In this document: positions 46,915-57,737 of the stretch, one piece after another
Layout: each line of letters begins with the position of its first letter
Numbering within the stretch: position 1 is the stretch's first letter
DNA from: Clostridia bacterium
Lineage (GTDB): Bacteria; Bacillota; Clostridia; DUPQ01
Assembly (NCBI GenBank): GCA_016935835.1
Contig: JAFGQE010000158.1
Coordinates: forward strand, 2,256-66,255
Direction of reading: 5' to 3'
DNA: 64,000 nucleotides
Position numbers and translations under genes: made by a program
Notes under the pieces: generated by a model
The model's input: the letters and a program-made list of their open reading frames with translations, nothing else
The model's database searches: none
What the model was told of the DNA's origin: nothing

Positions 46915-48432
46915 ATGGACAGACCGAACATACTTCTCATATTTGCCGACCAGTGGAGGGGCGATTTCCTGGGAAACCTCGGCCATAAGGTCAGGACGCC
47001 TTTTCTAGACCAACTGGCGGGGGAGGGAATGTCATATACCTCTGCGTACAGCGCCACCCCGAGCTGCATTCCGGCCAGGGCCAGCCTCCTTACCGGGATG
47101 AGCGGATCTTCCTGCAACAGGCTCGGATATATGGACGGGGTTCCGTGGAAATATCCCGTTACCATGCAAGGATGCCTGCGGGATGCGGGTTATCTTACGA
47201 TTAATGTCGGAAAGACCCATTATTATCCACGAAGGGCAGGACTCGGCTTTGAAATAAACAGGTTGTACGACCCCCAGAACTGGCTTGATGGCGAACAAAG
47301 CGATTATCATGCATGGCTTTTTGAACAGACCGGCGGGAAAATCAAGGATACGGCGGATGTCATCGACAACAACGGATTCTGTTATATTCCATGGACGCAT
47401 GATACCTGTCTGCATCCAACGGAATGGACCGCCGCCACAGCCATAGAAGAATTGAAAAAAGCCGACGACGGCAGGCCTTTCTTCATGCAGATTGGATTCC
47501 ATCGTCCGCACCCCCCGCTGGATCCGCCGCCCGCATATTATGATATGTACAGGGATGTCGATTTCGGCGAGGCTCCTGTCGGAGACTGGGAACCGGAGGA
47601 ATACAGGCGGGCGGCGTCAGGCAATGCCCCGATGATAGGTACAAAGAACGAAGAGGACAGGCAGACAGCCATCAGGGCGTACTGTGCGCTTATCACTCAC
47701 ATAGATCATCAGATAGGCAAATTGCTGTATTATCTGCAAAGGCATGAACACACAAAGAATACGATTATCATTTTCACCAGCGATCATGGAGACTTGCTGG
47801 GTGACCATGGCACATGGAGAAAAATATTCCCTTACGAGGGTTCGTCAAAAATTCCTCTTATCATCAGGACGCCCGATACGGCAATCAACACGGTTAACAC
47901 AACCTCAGGATACCGAAGGGTCGAAACGCCGGTCACCCATATGGATATTATGCCGACGGTATTAAAGGCGGCAGGGGTTTTGGTGCCGGACAATGTCGAG
48001 GGCACGGACATAATGGGGCCTCTTTACGGAAGGAAGATCGAAGGAAGGGAATTCATCCACGGGGAGCATGCCAGTAGTCTTATCGGAGTTCAGTTTGTAA
48101 CTGACGGCAGATACAAGTATTGTTATGACACTGTGCATGGACGCGAGCAGTTGTTCAATCTTCAGGAAGACCCCCGGGAACTCAGGAATCTGGCCGGATT
48201 GAAGGAATATGAAGCGGAACATGCCTTTTGGAAAAGAAAGCTTATCGATATCCTTTCGGCCCGGCCCGGCGACGGCTTGGTAAGGGACGGGGAGCTGGTC
48301 ACGGGAGTAGAACTCCCTTCGATCAGAAAAGAGCTTTTGGATGGGATTGACCCGGATGAGATTCACATAAATGCGCGAAAAGGAATCGAAAAGTATTTCG
48401 GCGCGGATTTTTTCAAAATGACTGAAAAATGA
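46915..48432 (+). CDS. Cys-type sulfatase (third)
   Basis: LLIFADQWRGD...SATPSCIPARASLLTGMS (CxPxR). Confidence 0.8.
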   Translation: MDRPNILLIFADQWRGDFLGNLGHKVRTPFLDQLAGEGMSYTSAYSATPSCIPARASLLTGMSGSSCNRLGYMDGVPWKYPVTMQGCLRDAGYLTINVGKTHYYPRRAGLGFEINRLYDPQNWLDGEQSDYHAWLFEQTGGKIKDTADVIDNNGFCYIPWTHDTCLHPTEWTAATAIEELKKADDGRPFFMQIGFHRPHPPLDPPPAYYDMYRDVDFGEAPVGDWEPEEYRRAASGNAPMIGTKNEEDRQTAIRAYCALITHIDHQIGKLLYYLQRHEHTKNTIIIFTSDHGDLLGDHGTWRKIFPYEGSSKIPLIIRTPDTAINTVNTTSGYRRVETPVTHMDIMPTVLKAAGVLVPDNVEGTDIMGPLYGRKIEGREFIHGEHASSLIGVQFVTDGRYKYCYDTVHGREQLFNLQEDPRELRNLAGLKEYEAEHAFWKRKLIDILSARPGDGLVRDGELVTGVELPSIRKELLDGIDPDEIHINARKGIEKYFGADFFKMTEK

Positions 48433-48515
48433 TTCGCCTAAGGCAATCGGAATAATGTCAGCAAACATACGGATAAAGGCGGCAAGGCGAACCGTTGCCG
48501 CTTAAATTGCAAAAA

Positions 48516-48533
48516 GTGTTAAAAATTTAACAA
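48516..48533. promoter_or_regulatory. candidate Rex operator (TGTTAA-N4-TTAACAA)
   Basis: Perfect 6+6 inverted repeat just upstream of a TTGTTG-17-TAGAAT promoter (48551..48579) for the hnd operon. Confidence 0.4.
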
Positions 48534-48641
48534 TTTATTTCATTTACACCTTGTTGAGCAAATAGTTATGTTGTAGAATACGCTTGAATCAGAAAACAGC
48601 GGGCTAATTTAATATATTTTATCAATGAAAGGTAGCGGAAA

Positions 48642-49130
48642 ATGTGCAATAACAGTTTGGCGGAAGAAAAATTCAAGGAGCTTGACGCATTTATCGACGG
48701 GCTTGAGGAAGACGAGGGCAATCTCATAGTTATCCTGCACAAGGCGCAGAATCTATTCGGATACCTGCCCAGGGAAGTGCAGCTGCATGTCTCGAGAAAA
48801 CTCAAACTGTCCGCCGCAAAGGTCAACGGGGTGGTTACTTTTTATTCCTACTTTACGGAAGAACCAAAGGGGCAGCACGTTATTTCAGTCTGCATGGGAA
48901 CTGCATGCTTTGTCAGGGGAGCGAGCGACATACTGTCATCCCTGCAGGAAAAACTCGGTATAAAATGCGGAGAGACGACAAAGGACGGCAAGTTTACGAT
49001 AGATTCACTGCGTTGCGTGGGTGCATGCGGGCTGGCCCCGGTCGTAATAGCCGACGGCAGGGTCCACGGCAGGGTTGAAATCGACGATCTTGACAAGATT
49101 CTTGTCGAACTTGAGAGCGGGGTAAGATAG
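48642..49130 (+). CDS. hndA: NuoE-like 2Fe-2S subunit (HndA)
   Basis: CMGTACFVRG...CVGACGLAPV are NuoE-type ligands. Confidence 0.75.
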   Translation: MCNNSLAEEKFKELDAFIDGLEEDEGNLIVILHKAQNLFGYLPREVQLHVSRKLKLSAAKVNGVVTFYSYFTEEPKGQHVISVCMGTACFVRGASDILSSLQEKLGIKCGETTKDGKFTIDSLRCVGACGLAPVVIADGRVHGRVEIDDLDKILVELESGVR

Positions 49131-49131
49131 G

Positions 49132-49518
49132 ATGATAAAAATAAAAAGTTTTAATGAACTGAAGGAGCTTAAGGAAAGCCTTAACGCCCAAAGGGAGCAC
49201 ATCCGTATAATAGTCGGCATGGCTACCTGCGGGATGGCAGCGGGTGCCGGGGAAGTATTCGATTCAATAGCAGGCGAGATCATGAGACAGGGATTGAAGA
49301 ATGTAACCGTCGTAAGGTCCGGCTGCATGGGGGCATGCCATTCCGAACCAACCGTTGAAATAGTAAAGCCCGGCGAAGATCCCGTATTGTACGGGAATGT
49401 CGACAGTTCGAGGGCCAAGGTCATTATAAGCAATCACATAATGCGGGGTGAGATTGTAGAGGAGCTTGTGCTTGAGAAGAACTATGAAACGGCAAGCCTT
49501 GGGGAGGTGGAGCAATGA
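49132..49518 (+). CDS. hndB: small thioredoxin-like 2Fe-2S ferredoxin subunit (HndB)
   Basis: 128 aa. CGMAAG...[10 protein letters not shown]. Confidence 0.65.
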   Translation: MIKIKSFNELKELKESLNAQREHIRIIVGMATCGMAAGAGEVFDSIAGEIMRQGLKNVTVVRSGCMGACHSEPTVEIVKPGEDPVLYGNVDSSRAKVIISNHIMRGEIVEELVLEKNYETASLGEVEQ

Positions 49519-50981
49519 GCGGTCATAAGCAACTGAGGATAGCGTTGAGAAACTGCGGGGTCATCGATCCCGAGAACATATTGGAATATATAGCCCGCGG
49601 CGGCTACATGGCGCTTGGGAAGATTCTTGACGAGATGGCGCCAGAAGACGTTATCGATGAATTGAAGAAAAGCGGACTGCGCGGAAGGGGCGGCGGCGGA
49701 TTTCCCACGGGATTGAAACTTGAATTCGCCCGCAGGAACGAAGGCGAAAGAAAATATATCATATGCAATGCCGACGAAGGGGATCCGGGCGCATTCATGG
49801 ACAGGAGCATACTGGAGGGAGACCCCCAGTCAATACTGGAAGCAATGGCGATATGCGGTTACGCCGTAGGTGCGAATGAAGGCTATGTGTATATAAGGGC
49901 GGAATACCCGCTTGCAATAGAACGTCTCACAATTGCAATCAGGCAGGCATACGAGGCGGGATTGATCGGCGATGATATCATGGGAAGCGGGTTCTCATTC
50001 GACATCAAGATAAAATACGGGGCGGGTGCGTTTGTTTGCGGAGAAGAGACGGCATTGATCAGCTCTGTCGAGGGAAACAGGGGCGAACCGCACTTCAAGC
50101 CGCCTTTCCCGGCGGAAAAAGGCCTTTGGGGAATGCCTACGACTGTAAACAATGTCGAGACTCTGGCGAACATACCGTCAATATTCAATATGGGTGCCGG
50201 CCGGTTTGCCGAAATAGGAACGAAAACAAGCAAGGGAACCAAGGTTTTCGCCCTTGCCGGTAACGTAAACAAGGTCGGCCTTGTAGAAGTTCCCATGGGC
50301 ACTACCCTCAGGGAAATAGTTTACGACATAGGCGATGGCATTGTCGGAGGCAAGAAATTCAAGGCGGTTCAGACAGGGGGTCCTTCGGGGGGGTGCATAC
50401 CCGAACAGTTCCTCGACATCCCGATTGATTATGAAAGCCTCAAGGAAATAGGCTCGATGATGGGTTCGGGAGGAATGATCATAATGGACGAAGACACCTG
50501 CATGGTCGATATAGCGAAGTACTACCTTGAATTTACGACCGATGAGTCCTGCGGAAAATGCACGCCGTGCAGAATAGGCAACAAGAGGCTATATGAAATC
50601 CTCTGCAAGATAACAAAGGGAGAAGGAACCGAGGAGGACCTTGACAGCCTGAAGGAATTGGGCGGGATTATAAAGGACACCTCGCTGTGCGGACTGGGCC
50701 AGACGGCCCCGAATCCGGTTCTCAGTACAATGAAGTATTTTTACGACGAATATCTTTCCCATGTCAGGGATAAGAAATGCCCGGCGGGAATATGCAGCAG
50801 CCTTACCAGGTATGAGATAATCGCTGACAAGTGCATAGGCTGCACGATGTGCGCCAAGGCATGCCCGACCGCATGCATTTCCGGTAAAGTAAGGGAACCC
50901 CATAAGATTGACCAGGCAAAGTGTATAAAATGCGGAGCGTGCTTCAAGGCATGCAAATTCGACGCCATATTGAAAAGCTGA
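49515..50981 (+). CDS. hndC: NuoF-like NADH-binding subunit with C-terminal 2x[4Fe-4S] domain (HndC)
   Basis: NuoF core motif [12 protein letters not shown], then [12 protein letters not shown]...[11 protein letters not shown]. Confidence 0.85.
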   Translation: MSGHKQLRIALRNCGVIDPENILEYIARGGYMALGKILDEMAPEDVIDELKKSGLRGRGGGGFPTGLKLEFARRNEGERKYIICNADEGDPGAFMDRSILEGDPQSILEAMAICGYAVGANEGYVYIRAEYPLAIERLTIAIRQAYEAGLIGDDIMGSGFSFDIKIKYGAGAFVCGEETALISSVEGNRGEPHFKPPFPAEKGLWGMPTTVNNVETLANIPSIFNMGAGRFAEIGTKTSKGTKVFALAGNVNKVGLVEVPMGTTLREIVYDIGDGIVGGKKFKAVQTGGPSGGCIPEQFLDIPIDYESLKEIGSMMGSGGMIIMDEDTCMVDIAKYYLEFTTDESCGKCTPCRIGNKRLYEILCKITKGEGTEEDLDSLKELGGIIKDTSLCGLGQTAPNPVLSTMKYFYDEYLSHVRDKKCPAGICSSLTRYEIIADKCIGCTMCAKACPTACISGKVREPHKIDQAKCIKCGACFKACKFDAILKS

Positions 50982-50993
50982 GGAGTTTGATTA

Positions 50994-52736
50994 ATGAAGA
51001 AAGTAAATGTTACGATAAACGATATAAAGATTGCGGTTCCGGAAAACTATACGGTTCTTGAGGCCGCAAGGGAAATCGACGTTGAGATACCGACGCTTTG
51101 CCACCTGAACCTGCACGACCTGAAGGCTGTAAACAGAAGCGCGTCCTGCAGGGTTTGTGTAGTGGAAATAGAGGGCAGGGGAACGCTGGCTCCATCCTGC
51201 TCAACATATGTCGCAGAGGGCATGGTAATAAAAACACACACGCCCAGGTCGGTAAAGGCACGCAGAACCATGGTTGAACTCCTGCTCTCGGACCATCCCA
51301 AGGATTGCCTTGTCTGCGAAAAGAACCAGCGATGCGAACTTCAGAAGCTGGCCGCCGACCTGTGCGTCAGGGAGATAAAATATACCGGCGCGCAATCGAC
51401 TTATGAGATAGACAACTCAAGCCGTTCGATTTACAGGAACCTTGACAAATGCATACTCTGCAGAAGATGCGAAACCATGTGCAACGAAGTGCAGACATGC
51501 GGCATCCTGTCGGGAATGGACAGGGGATTCGAAACCGTCGTGGGCCCGGCGTTCGGACTGCCGATGATTGACACGATGTGCACATTCTGCGGGCAATGCG
51601 TGGCGGTTTGCCCGACGGCGGCGCTTACCGAGATAAATCAGATCAGGGAAGTCTGGGATGCGATAAACGATCCCGAAAAAATCGTAGTGGTGCAGACTGC
51701 GCCCGCTGTCAGGGTTGCGCTGGGCGAGGAATTCGGCATGGAGGCAGGTACGATTGTAACCGGAAAGATGGCGGCCGCCATGAGAAGACTGGGATTTGAC
51801 CGCGTATTCGACACGGATTTCGCGGCAGACCTGACCATCGTGGAAGAGGCATCTGAATTCATACACAGGCTCAGGCACGGAGGAACTCTTCCGATTCTGA
51901 CAAGCTGCTGCCCGGCCTGGGTCAAGTTTTTCGAGCACCAGTTTCCCGACCTGCTTGACATACCGTCGACATGCAAATCACCCCATGAGATGTTCGGCAC
52001 CGTCGTAAAGACATATTACGCCGCGAAGATGAAGATAGACCCTGAAAAGTTGGTGGTCGTATCTGTCATGCCGTGCCTTGCAAAGAAATACGAGGCGGCC
52101 CGCCCCGAACTGAATACAAACGGCATGCAAAACGTCGATTATGTCATTTCCACAAGGGAAGCTGCAAAGATGATAAGGGAAGCGGGAATCAATTTTGTCG
52201 ACCTGCCGGACGAGGATTTCGACAACCCGCTTGGAGAATCAACCGGAGCCTCGGTAATATTCGGAACCACCGGGGGTGTAATTGAAGCCGCCCTTAGAAC
52301 AGCATGCGACTGGCTTACCGGGGAATCGCTTGAAAAAGTTGATTACCATCAGCTCAGGGGACTTGAGGGAATCAGGGAAGGAACTGTCAAGATCGGCGAT
52401 ATGGAAGTAAGGATTGGCATTGCACACGGACTTGGAAATGCGAGAAGACTTCTTGAAGATATAAGGTCAGGGAAATCGACATATCACGCAATAGAGATAA
52501 TGGCATGCCCCGGAGGCTGCATTGGCGGGGGCGGACAGCCGTACCATGGCGGCGACGAGGGGATAATAAAGAAAAGGGCCGATGCGATTTATAGAGAGGA
52601 CCAGGGGAAGGCAAAGCGCAAATCCCACGAAAACGAAAATGTAATTGAACTTTACAGGGATTATCTGGGCGAGTATTACGGTGAGAAGGCGCATGAGTTG
52701 CTGCACACAAGCTACCAGAAGCGGGAATTGATATAA
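50994..52736 (+). CDS. hydA: [FeFe] hydrogenase catalytic subunit (HndD/HydA)
   Basis: Canonical L1 TSCCPAW, L2 MPCLAKKYE, L3 EIMACPGGCIGGGGQP. Confidence 0.9.
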   Translation: MKKVNVTINDIKIAVPENYTVLEAAREIDVEIPTLCHLNLHDLKAVNRSASCRVCVVEIEGRGTLAPSCSTYVAEGMVIKTHTPRSVKARRTMVELLLSDHPKDCLVCEKNQRCELQKLAADLCVREIKYTGAQSTYEIDNSSRSIYRNLDKCILCRRCETMCNEVQTCGILSGMDRGFETVVGPAFGLPMIDTMCTFCGQCVAVCPTAALTEINQIREVWDAINDPEKIVVVQTAPAVRVALGEEFGMEAGTIVTGKMAAAMRRLGFDRVFDTDFAADLTIVEEASEFIHRLRHGGTLPILTSCCPAWVKFFEHQFPDLLDIPSTCKSPHEMFGTVVKTYYAAKMKIDPEKLVVVSVMPCLAKKYEAARPELNTNGMQNVDYVISTREAAKMIREAGINFVDLPDEDFDNPLGESTGASVIFGTTGGVIEAALRTACDWLTGESLEKVDYHQLRGLEGIREGTVKIGDMEVRIGIAHGLGNARRLLEDIRSGKSTYHAIEIMACPGGCIGGGGQPYHGGDEGIIKKRADAIYREDQGKAKRKSHENENVIELYRDYLGEYYGEKAHELLHTSYQKRELI

Positions 52737-52780
52737 CCTCTGTTCAAATTGATTTCAATTTAGAAAATCAAGATTTTTTT

Positions 52781-52813
52781 CAAACAGTTGCCTTGGGCAA
52801 CTGTTTGATTTTT
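52781..52813 (+). terminator. intrinsic terminator after hnd operon
   Basis: Perfect 12-bp stem CAAACAGTTGCC-ttg-GGCAACTGTTTG followed by ATTTTT. Confidence 0.7.
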
Positions 52814-52894
52814 AAATCTGCCGTGTGAAAACGCAATGTATTTTTGTTGAGCGGGCTGTTATAATAATTGTATTAATTGTAATCGGTTGAATAA

Positions 52895-53380
52895 GTGGAG
52901 GATCGTATGAAGATAGGAATAATAGTTCATTCAGTGACAGGAAATACGCTGGCGGTATCTAAAAAACTGGAGCAGGTCCTGAGGGAAGCAGGCCATGGGG
53001 TTGAACTTAAGGAAATCAGGACCGAGGGAAAACCCAATTCCGCGGACAAGGAAGTCAAGTTTTCCGAGTTACCCGCACTTGATGGGTATGACGCGCTTGT
53101 GTTTGGTTCCCACACGGAGGCGTTTTCTCTTGAATTTGCCATGAAGGAGTATTTTGGGCGGATTGACGGATTAAAAGGAAGAAATGCGGCCTGTCTGATA
53201 ACACACCAGCTTCCTTGCAGATGGATGGGCGGGAACAACGCGGCCAGGCAGATGAAGAGATTATGCGAGGACAAGGGGGCTAAGGTAATCGGAACAGCCA
53301 TAGTGGAATGGTCCCCGGAAAATAAAAGGCAGCAAAAAATAGATGCTGCGGTTGAATTGCTTGCCGGATTATTCGCATAG
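52895..53380 (+). CDS. flavodoxin-like protein
   Basis: MKIGIIVHSVTGNT is a flavodoxin-fold N-terminus; 161 aa. Confidence 0.5.
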   Translation: MEDRMKIGIIVHSVTGNTLAVSKKLEQVLREAGHGVELKEIRTEGKPNSADKEVKFSELPALDGYDALVFGSHTEAFSLEFAMKEYFGRIDGLKGRNAACLITHQLPCRWMGGNNAARQMKRLCEDKGAKVIGTAIVEWSPENKRQQKIDAAVELLAGLFA

Positions 53381-53385
53381 AATCA

Positions 53386-56013
53386 TCAGGAATCAAATTC
53401 CATAACCAATGTCACTATTTCCCATGGATCCGTTTTTGTCTTCAGCCGGAAGCCGCCGGCGCCAATGGCTGTATCATGCCGTGCGACAGGATTCAGGAGG
53501 AAGTCTGTCGCGGTAAAAGATGTGACCCGCCTTGCGGAGATTATTTCAAGGCAATCACTCTTGCCGGAGGCGTTGTATAATCTCAGGATGGTTCTGCCAT
53601 TACACATATAGAAAGCGGAGATAACCGTTGAATCCGACCTGATGTCAAGGAATGCCGCCGGTTTCATCGCAACAGCGCCCGTTGATTCCCGGGGCACCCT
53701 GTATGGTTCGATCGGATTTTTCTTTTCAAGGGATTCCTTTATCATGGGCAGATAACCGGATCCGGAAATTTCCCCGGTTATATTCAAGGAATATGCGAAT
53801 TTTATTACGCCTGGATTTTCGTTATACGAGTGGGTGTATTTCATCCAGTCCGTGCATTGGCTAAGGTCATATATGCGCGTTAGAATTATGGAAACGCTTT
53901 TTTCGCCTGAATTATGAAGATAGTATCTGGGGGAACTAACGCCGGTCAGCGTCACATTATTTGCCCCGTATTGATAATTGACCCAGCTTTTGGAATAGAA
54001 AACACCCTTCCAAAGGCGCTCAAGGTTGTCTATGTCTATATCCGTCGAAACGCCGAAGGGCTCTTCATGGATAATGCGGTTTTCAATGCCAAAGGGAATA
54101 TCGGCGGTAAATTCCGTCTTTTCATCTGCGGGGAAGGAGGCAAGGAAGAATCCACGGGTCCGGGGGACGCAATCAATGGTTGTATTGAAATCAATGCCGG
54201 CCCTGCCTTTGCAAAGGGTTATTTCCTGCAATACCGCGTGAGGACCGGAAACTCCCCGGACCACATATTTCCACCTCAGGGGCCCTTCTTCCTCCCAATG
54301 CCAATTCAATGGTTTGAATTCATGGACAACGCCGTGCCGGTTGTTGTACAGCCAGGCATCCGCCGGGGTTTGCTCCATTTCTGAAAAGCGTATGCTGCCG
54401 GCGGAAACACCGGTTTTTGCAAAAAAGTCCGTTCCGTTGACGGTCATGATCCGGCCGTTTTGGAAAACAACCTTGATTGCGCCTGTGTCAATTTCAAAAA
54501 GCCCCGGCGGGTTGCCTTTGAAATCAACATACGGCGGGGACAGGTCTTCCAGGGGTTGGTTTGAAACGGATATGGTTGAAAAACCAAGGGACCTGACGCC
54601 GGCTTCTACTAGAAATCCAGATAGCTTCCGGGAGTTTTCATCGCCTGCCCCCGTTATTTCAAATACCGGCTGTGATTCGATGGCATTGCCGTCTGAATCG
54701 GAAAACAGTAATGAAGCCGGCGATCCCTCAGCAGGAGACGGAATGAAAAATATTTCACGTCTTTCCCAATTAAGGGTATTGGCCAGAACATAGTGCACAT
54801 CATCCTGTCTGCTTACGCTCCCGGCCAAGACCCGCAGGGCGCCGCCCACAAGGTGTTTTGCCGCAGCCGCCGCGAAAACCGACCTTTCAAAAATCTCATC
54901 ATAATCGCGGGCGAAGACAAACTCCATCCCGTGGCTGCAAATGAATGCCGTTGTTTCCCATAACTTTTTCAAACTTTCCTCCGGATAGTCCCCTCCTGCC
55001 ATTGCCGCCATTGTCCAGAGGGTCTCCGCCCTTACTGCGAGCGTATCAAGGAGGATTCTCGCCAGCCACAGCCCTTTGTCACCTTTAGAAGGTATGTTGT
55101 AGCCTACGTCGCAGGGATCGGGTATTCCCCTGTAAACAGGGAGGTCTGTCTTGGAAAGTCCGTTAAAATAACTTTCCGCCGTTGAATAATTGATCGATGC
55201 GCCGGTTGTCTCGCGAAGATAATCCATGAAACCGTCAAGGTTTACGGGGTTGTCGTTGAAATCATGCATAGGCCGCGTGTCATCCATTCCAAACGGAAGC
55301 CATAAGTTTTTTGAAAGCGAGTTTTCAAGAATATCGCGTATTTCATTTTCAAAGAATTTCTCGAGAATCAAATCGCCGTCCGAACGGCAGTCCCCGGTCA
55401 TATATCCGGTTCTCCACAAACCTGCATAAGTGCCCCTTGAGCATATTATCCCGGAGCCATCGGGACCTTCCCATGAAAACTGCCGCGGAATTCCCTTGGC
55501 ATCCATGGCGCCCTGGGGTCTCCACGCCCTGTAGTAATCATAACCACAAAGACGAAGGATCTGCGGAAGCTGTGAATGTCCGATGGAAACATCGACATTA
55601 TGAAATACGCGGGTATCAAAATCAGGAATAAGTCCGCGCATATATTCCCGGCCGATTATTATATTTCGGATGAAGGTTTCATCGCCAGCCATAGTGGGGC
55701 GAAGCAGAACCAGCGCTCCGTTGGTCATTTCAATACGGCCTTCGCGGATTCTTTCGACAAGCTCCCCGGCACGGCCTGGTTTCCCGGATAGATATGTATC
55801 AAGAAGCGGGACTATATTATCCATCATCCAGGTATAGTGCTTGTTTTTCTTCATGACATCCAGAACTTCGTCAATGATGCCAATGTATCTGCCGGTATGC
55901 CACTCGCGGGGATGAGTCCATGCATAATCGGCATGGCAGTATGGTATTACATGAATATCCACTCCGAAAAGCTGCTTTTTAATATTGGTCATGTCATCAG
56001 TCATTCCCGGCAC
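53386..56013 (-). CDS. GH38-family alpha-mannosidase
   Basis: N-terminal HVIPYCHADYAWTHPREW resembles the GH38 H.xxH.H.DxxW...EW motif; 875 aa. Confidence 0.55.
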   Translation of the reverse strand: MPGMTDDMTNIKKQLFGVDIHVIPYCHADYAWTHPREWHTGRYIGIIDEVLDVMKKNKHYTWMMDNIVPLLDTYLSGKPGRAGELVERIREGRIEMTNGALVLLRPTMAGDETFIRNIIIGREYMRGLIPDFDTRVFHNVDVSIGHSQLPQILRLCGYDYYRAWRPQGAMDAKGIPRQFSWEGPDGSGIICSRGTYAGLWRTGYMTGDCRSDGDLILEKFFENEIRDILENSLSKNLWLPFGMDDTRPMHDFNDNPVNLDGFMDYLRETTGASINYSTAESYFNGLSKTDLPVYRGIPDPCDVGYNIPSKGDKGLWLARILLDTLAVRAETLWTMAAMAGGDYPEESLKKLWETTAFICSHGMEFVFARDYDEIFERSVFAAAAAKHLVGGALRVLAGSVSRQDDVHYVLANTLNWERREIFFIPSPAEGSPASLLFSDSDGNAIESQPVFEITGAGDENSRKLSGFLVEAGVRSLGFSTISVSNQPLEDLSPPYVDFKGNPPGLFEIDTGAIKVVFQNGRIMTVNGTDFFAKTGVSAGSIRFSEMEQTPADAWLYNNRHGVVHEFKPLNWHWEEEGPLRWKYVVRGVSGPHAVLQEITLCKGRAGIDFNTTIDCVPRTRGFFLASFPADEKTEFTADIPFGIENRIIHEEPFGVSTDIDIDNLERLWKGVFYSKSWVNYQYGANNVTLTGVSSPRYYLHNSGEKSVSIILTRIYDLSQCTDWMKYTHSYNENPGVIKFAYSLNITGEISGSGYLPMIKESLEKKNPIEPYRVPRESTGAVAMKPAAFLDIRSDSTVISAFYMCNGRTILRLYNASGKSDCLEIISARRVTSFTATDFLLNPVARHDTAIGAGGFRLKTKTDPWEIVTLVMEFDS

Positions 56014-56016
56014 CTG

Positions 56017-57111
56017 TTACTTTCCTATGATTTCCCGGACCATCCTGACCCGGGATATGAGGCCGTCGGGCGGAACCTGGTCGGCGACGCCCAGTATGAA
56101 TCCTGAACCCGGGGGGAAAGCCTCAAGCAACTCTACGATATGGGATATGAACTGCCCCTCGCTGTAAAATGGGGAAAAAAGGATTCCGGGAAGCCCGCCC
56201 CAGATTATCAAGTCCGCACCCGCGGCTTTTCTAAGATCCTTTATATGAATATCACCCGCAGGATATGGAGTCACGGCTTCGGCGATGTCGAAGCCGCTCC
56301 CGCTTAAGAGTGAAAGGCATGGGGTCAGGGTTCCGTCTATATGAATACCGGTGAATTTGCCGGCTTCATGGAGTTGCTTGTTTCTTTTAATATAATAAGG
56401 CATATTGAAGTTTTCGTAAAAATCCCTGCCGGTCACTTCGCTTGAAAGATTTTCGGGGAACTCTATATAATCAGCCGGCGAATCGCATAGAATTTCATAA
56501 ACCCGGTCTTCCGCATTACCAATGGCCTCGAGTATGCCGGTGAATTCATCCGGATGATCCATATATAGGCTTACGGTGTTTTCTATTCCGGCCCAGCGCG
56601 CAATCAGTTTTTGCAGCGGAGAGGCGGCTATGGTCGTCATGGCGGCCGGAATGCCGTCGCCGCCCCATAATTCGTCGGTTTTTTTAAAGTCAATGCAATT
56701 ATCCGAGTATATCGTGTGTTCCGAAATATACCGAAGCACCCGGAGATCCTCCATGGTGCCGACATAATGTTTTGTTATGGCCCAGGTATAGGATTCGGGA
56801 ATATATCTTTCATGCGACTCCAAGCGCCCGACAGGGGTTGTGAATTCGGATATCCGCATACTGGAGGTTTCCTTGCTTTTGAATCCAACGCTTGATTCAT
56901 ACTTCATCGACCATGGAAAGGGGGCATAAAAGCATATTCCCGCCCCAAGATCCCTGTAAAACCTGCAATATCCCTCTGCACCGGCATATTTTTCGTCCAG
57001 TGTTCCCTTGACCGACATACTTGAGTACAGATATGAAAGATCTGCGAACCAGGGGGTTTTGTCCGGGACGTTTCCATTTAAGACACTCAGGACCCGCTCT
57101 CTTTCGGTCAT
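56017..57111 (-). CDS. hypothetical TIM-barrel protein, possibly URO-D/methyltransferase-like
   Basis: Weak family resemblance only. Start placed at the internal Met (MTERERV) with an AAAGGAG RBS. Confidence 0.3.
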   Translation of the reverse strand: MTERERVLSVLNGNVPDKTPWFADLSYLYSSMSVKGTLDEKYAGAEGYCRFYRDLGAGICFYAPFPWSMKYESSVGFKSKETSSMRISEFTTPVGRLESHERYIPESYTWAITKHYVGTMEDLRVLRYISEHTIYSDNCIDFKKTDELWGGDGIPAAMTTIAASPLQKLIARWAGIENTVSLYMDHPDEFTGILEAIGNAEDRVYEILCDSPADYIEFPENLSSEVTGRDFYENFNMPYYIKRNKQLHEAGKFTGIHIDGTLTPCLSLLSGSGFDIAEAVTPYPAGDIHIKDLRKAAGADLIIWGGLPGILFSPFYSEGQFISHIVELLEAFPPGSGFILGVADQVPPDGLISRVRMVREIIGK

Positions 57112-57413
57112 TATGAACTCCTTTTGTGATTGAGGCGTGCAAATATCCAAAAACCCGGTTATTTCGCACCCCCTGATTATTATACATTTGTTGATATGAA
57201 ATGGAAAATGGATTTCATGCCTGTGCAATTGAAAATCAAAATGCTGCAAATGAGCGGCAGCAGCCGCCCGGCAAGGAAAAGGATTATGGAAAGTCTTTGC
57301 AAGACGCCGCCTCAGTACACGGGGAAGGCGGCCCGGGGAAAGCGGTTATGTTCCTTGACTTATAAATACCGGCATATATATAATGTGTAAGGAATAAAAT
57401 CCACCGGAGGTAA

Positions 57414-57587
<174 letters not shown>

Positions 57588-57737
57588 CGAGAGGCAAAAA
57601 GCGTTTGGCGTAACGCAGAAGGCTGTTTAAGAGATTCAGTATGGAACCGGAGCAACTGCGAGCAGTCGCCGGTTTGGGGCATGTCCCGCAGGAAATTCTT
57701 GAACAGCCTTTGATTTTAAAGAAATCCGGAGATTCTG

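Noticed and set aside
48479-48501. Hairpin GCGGCAA-N9-TTGCCGC after the third sulfatase as a terminator
   Set aside because: It has no proper U-tract (followed by TTAAATT), so it is not listed as a feature.
56017-57249. The 410-aa version of the URO-D-like ORF
   Set aside because: The upstream 46 codons lack an RBS. An internal Met at 57111 has a strong AAAGGAG RBS and gives a family-typical length.
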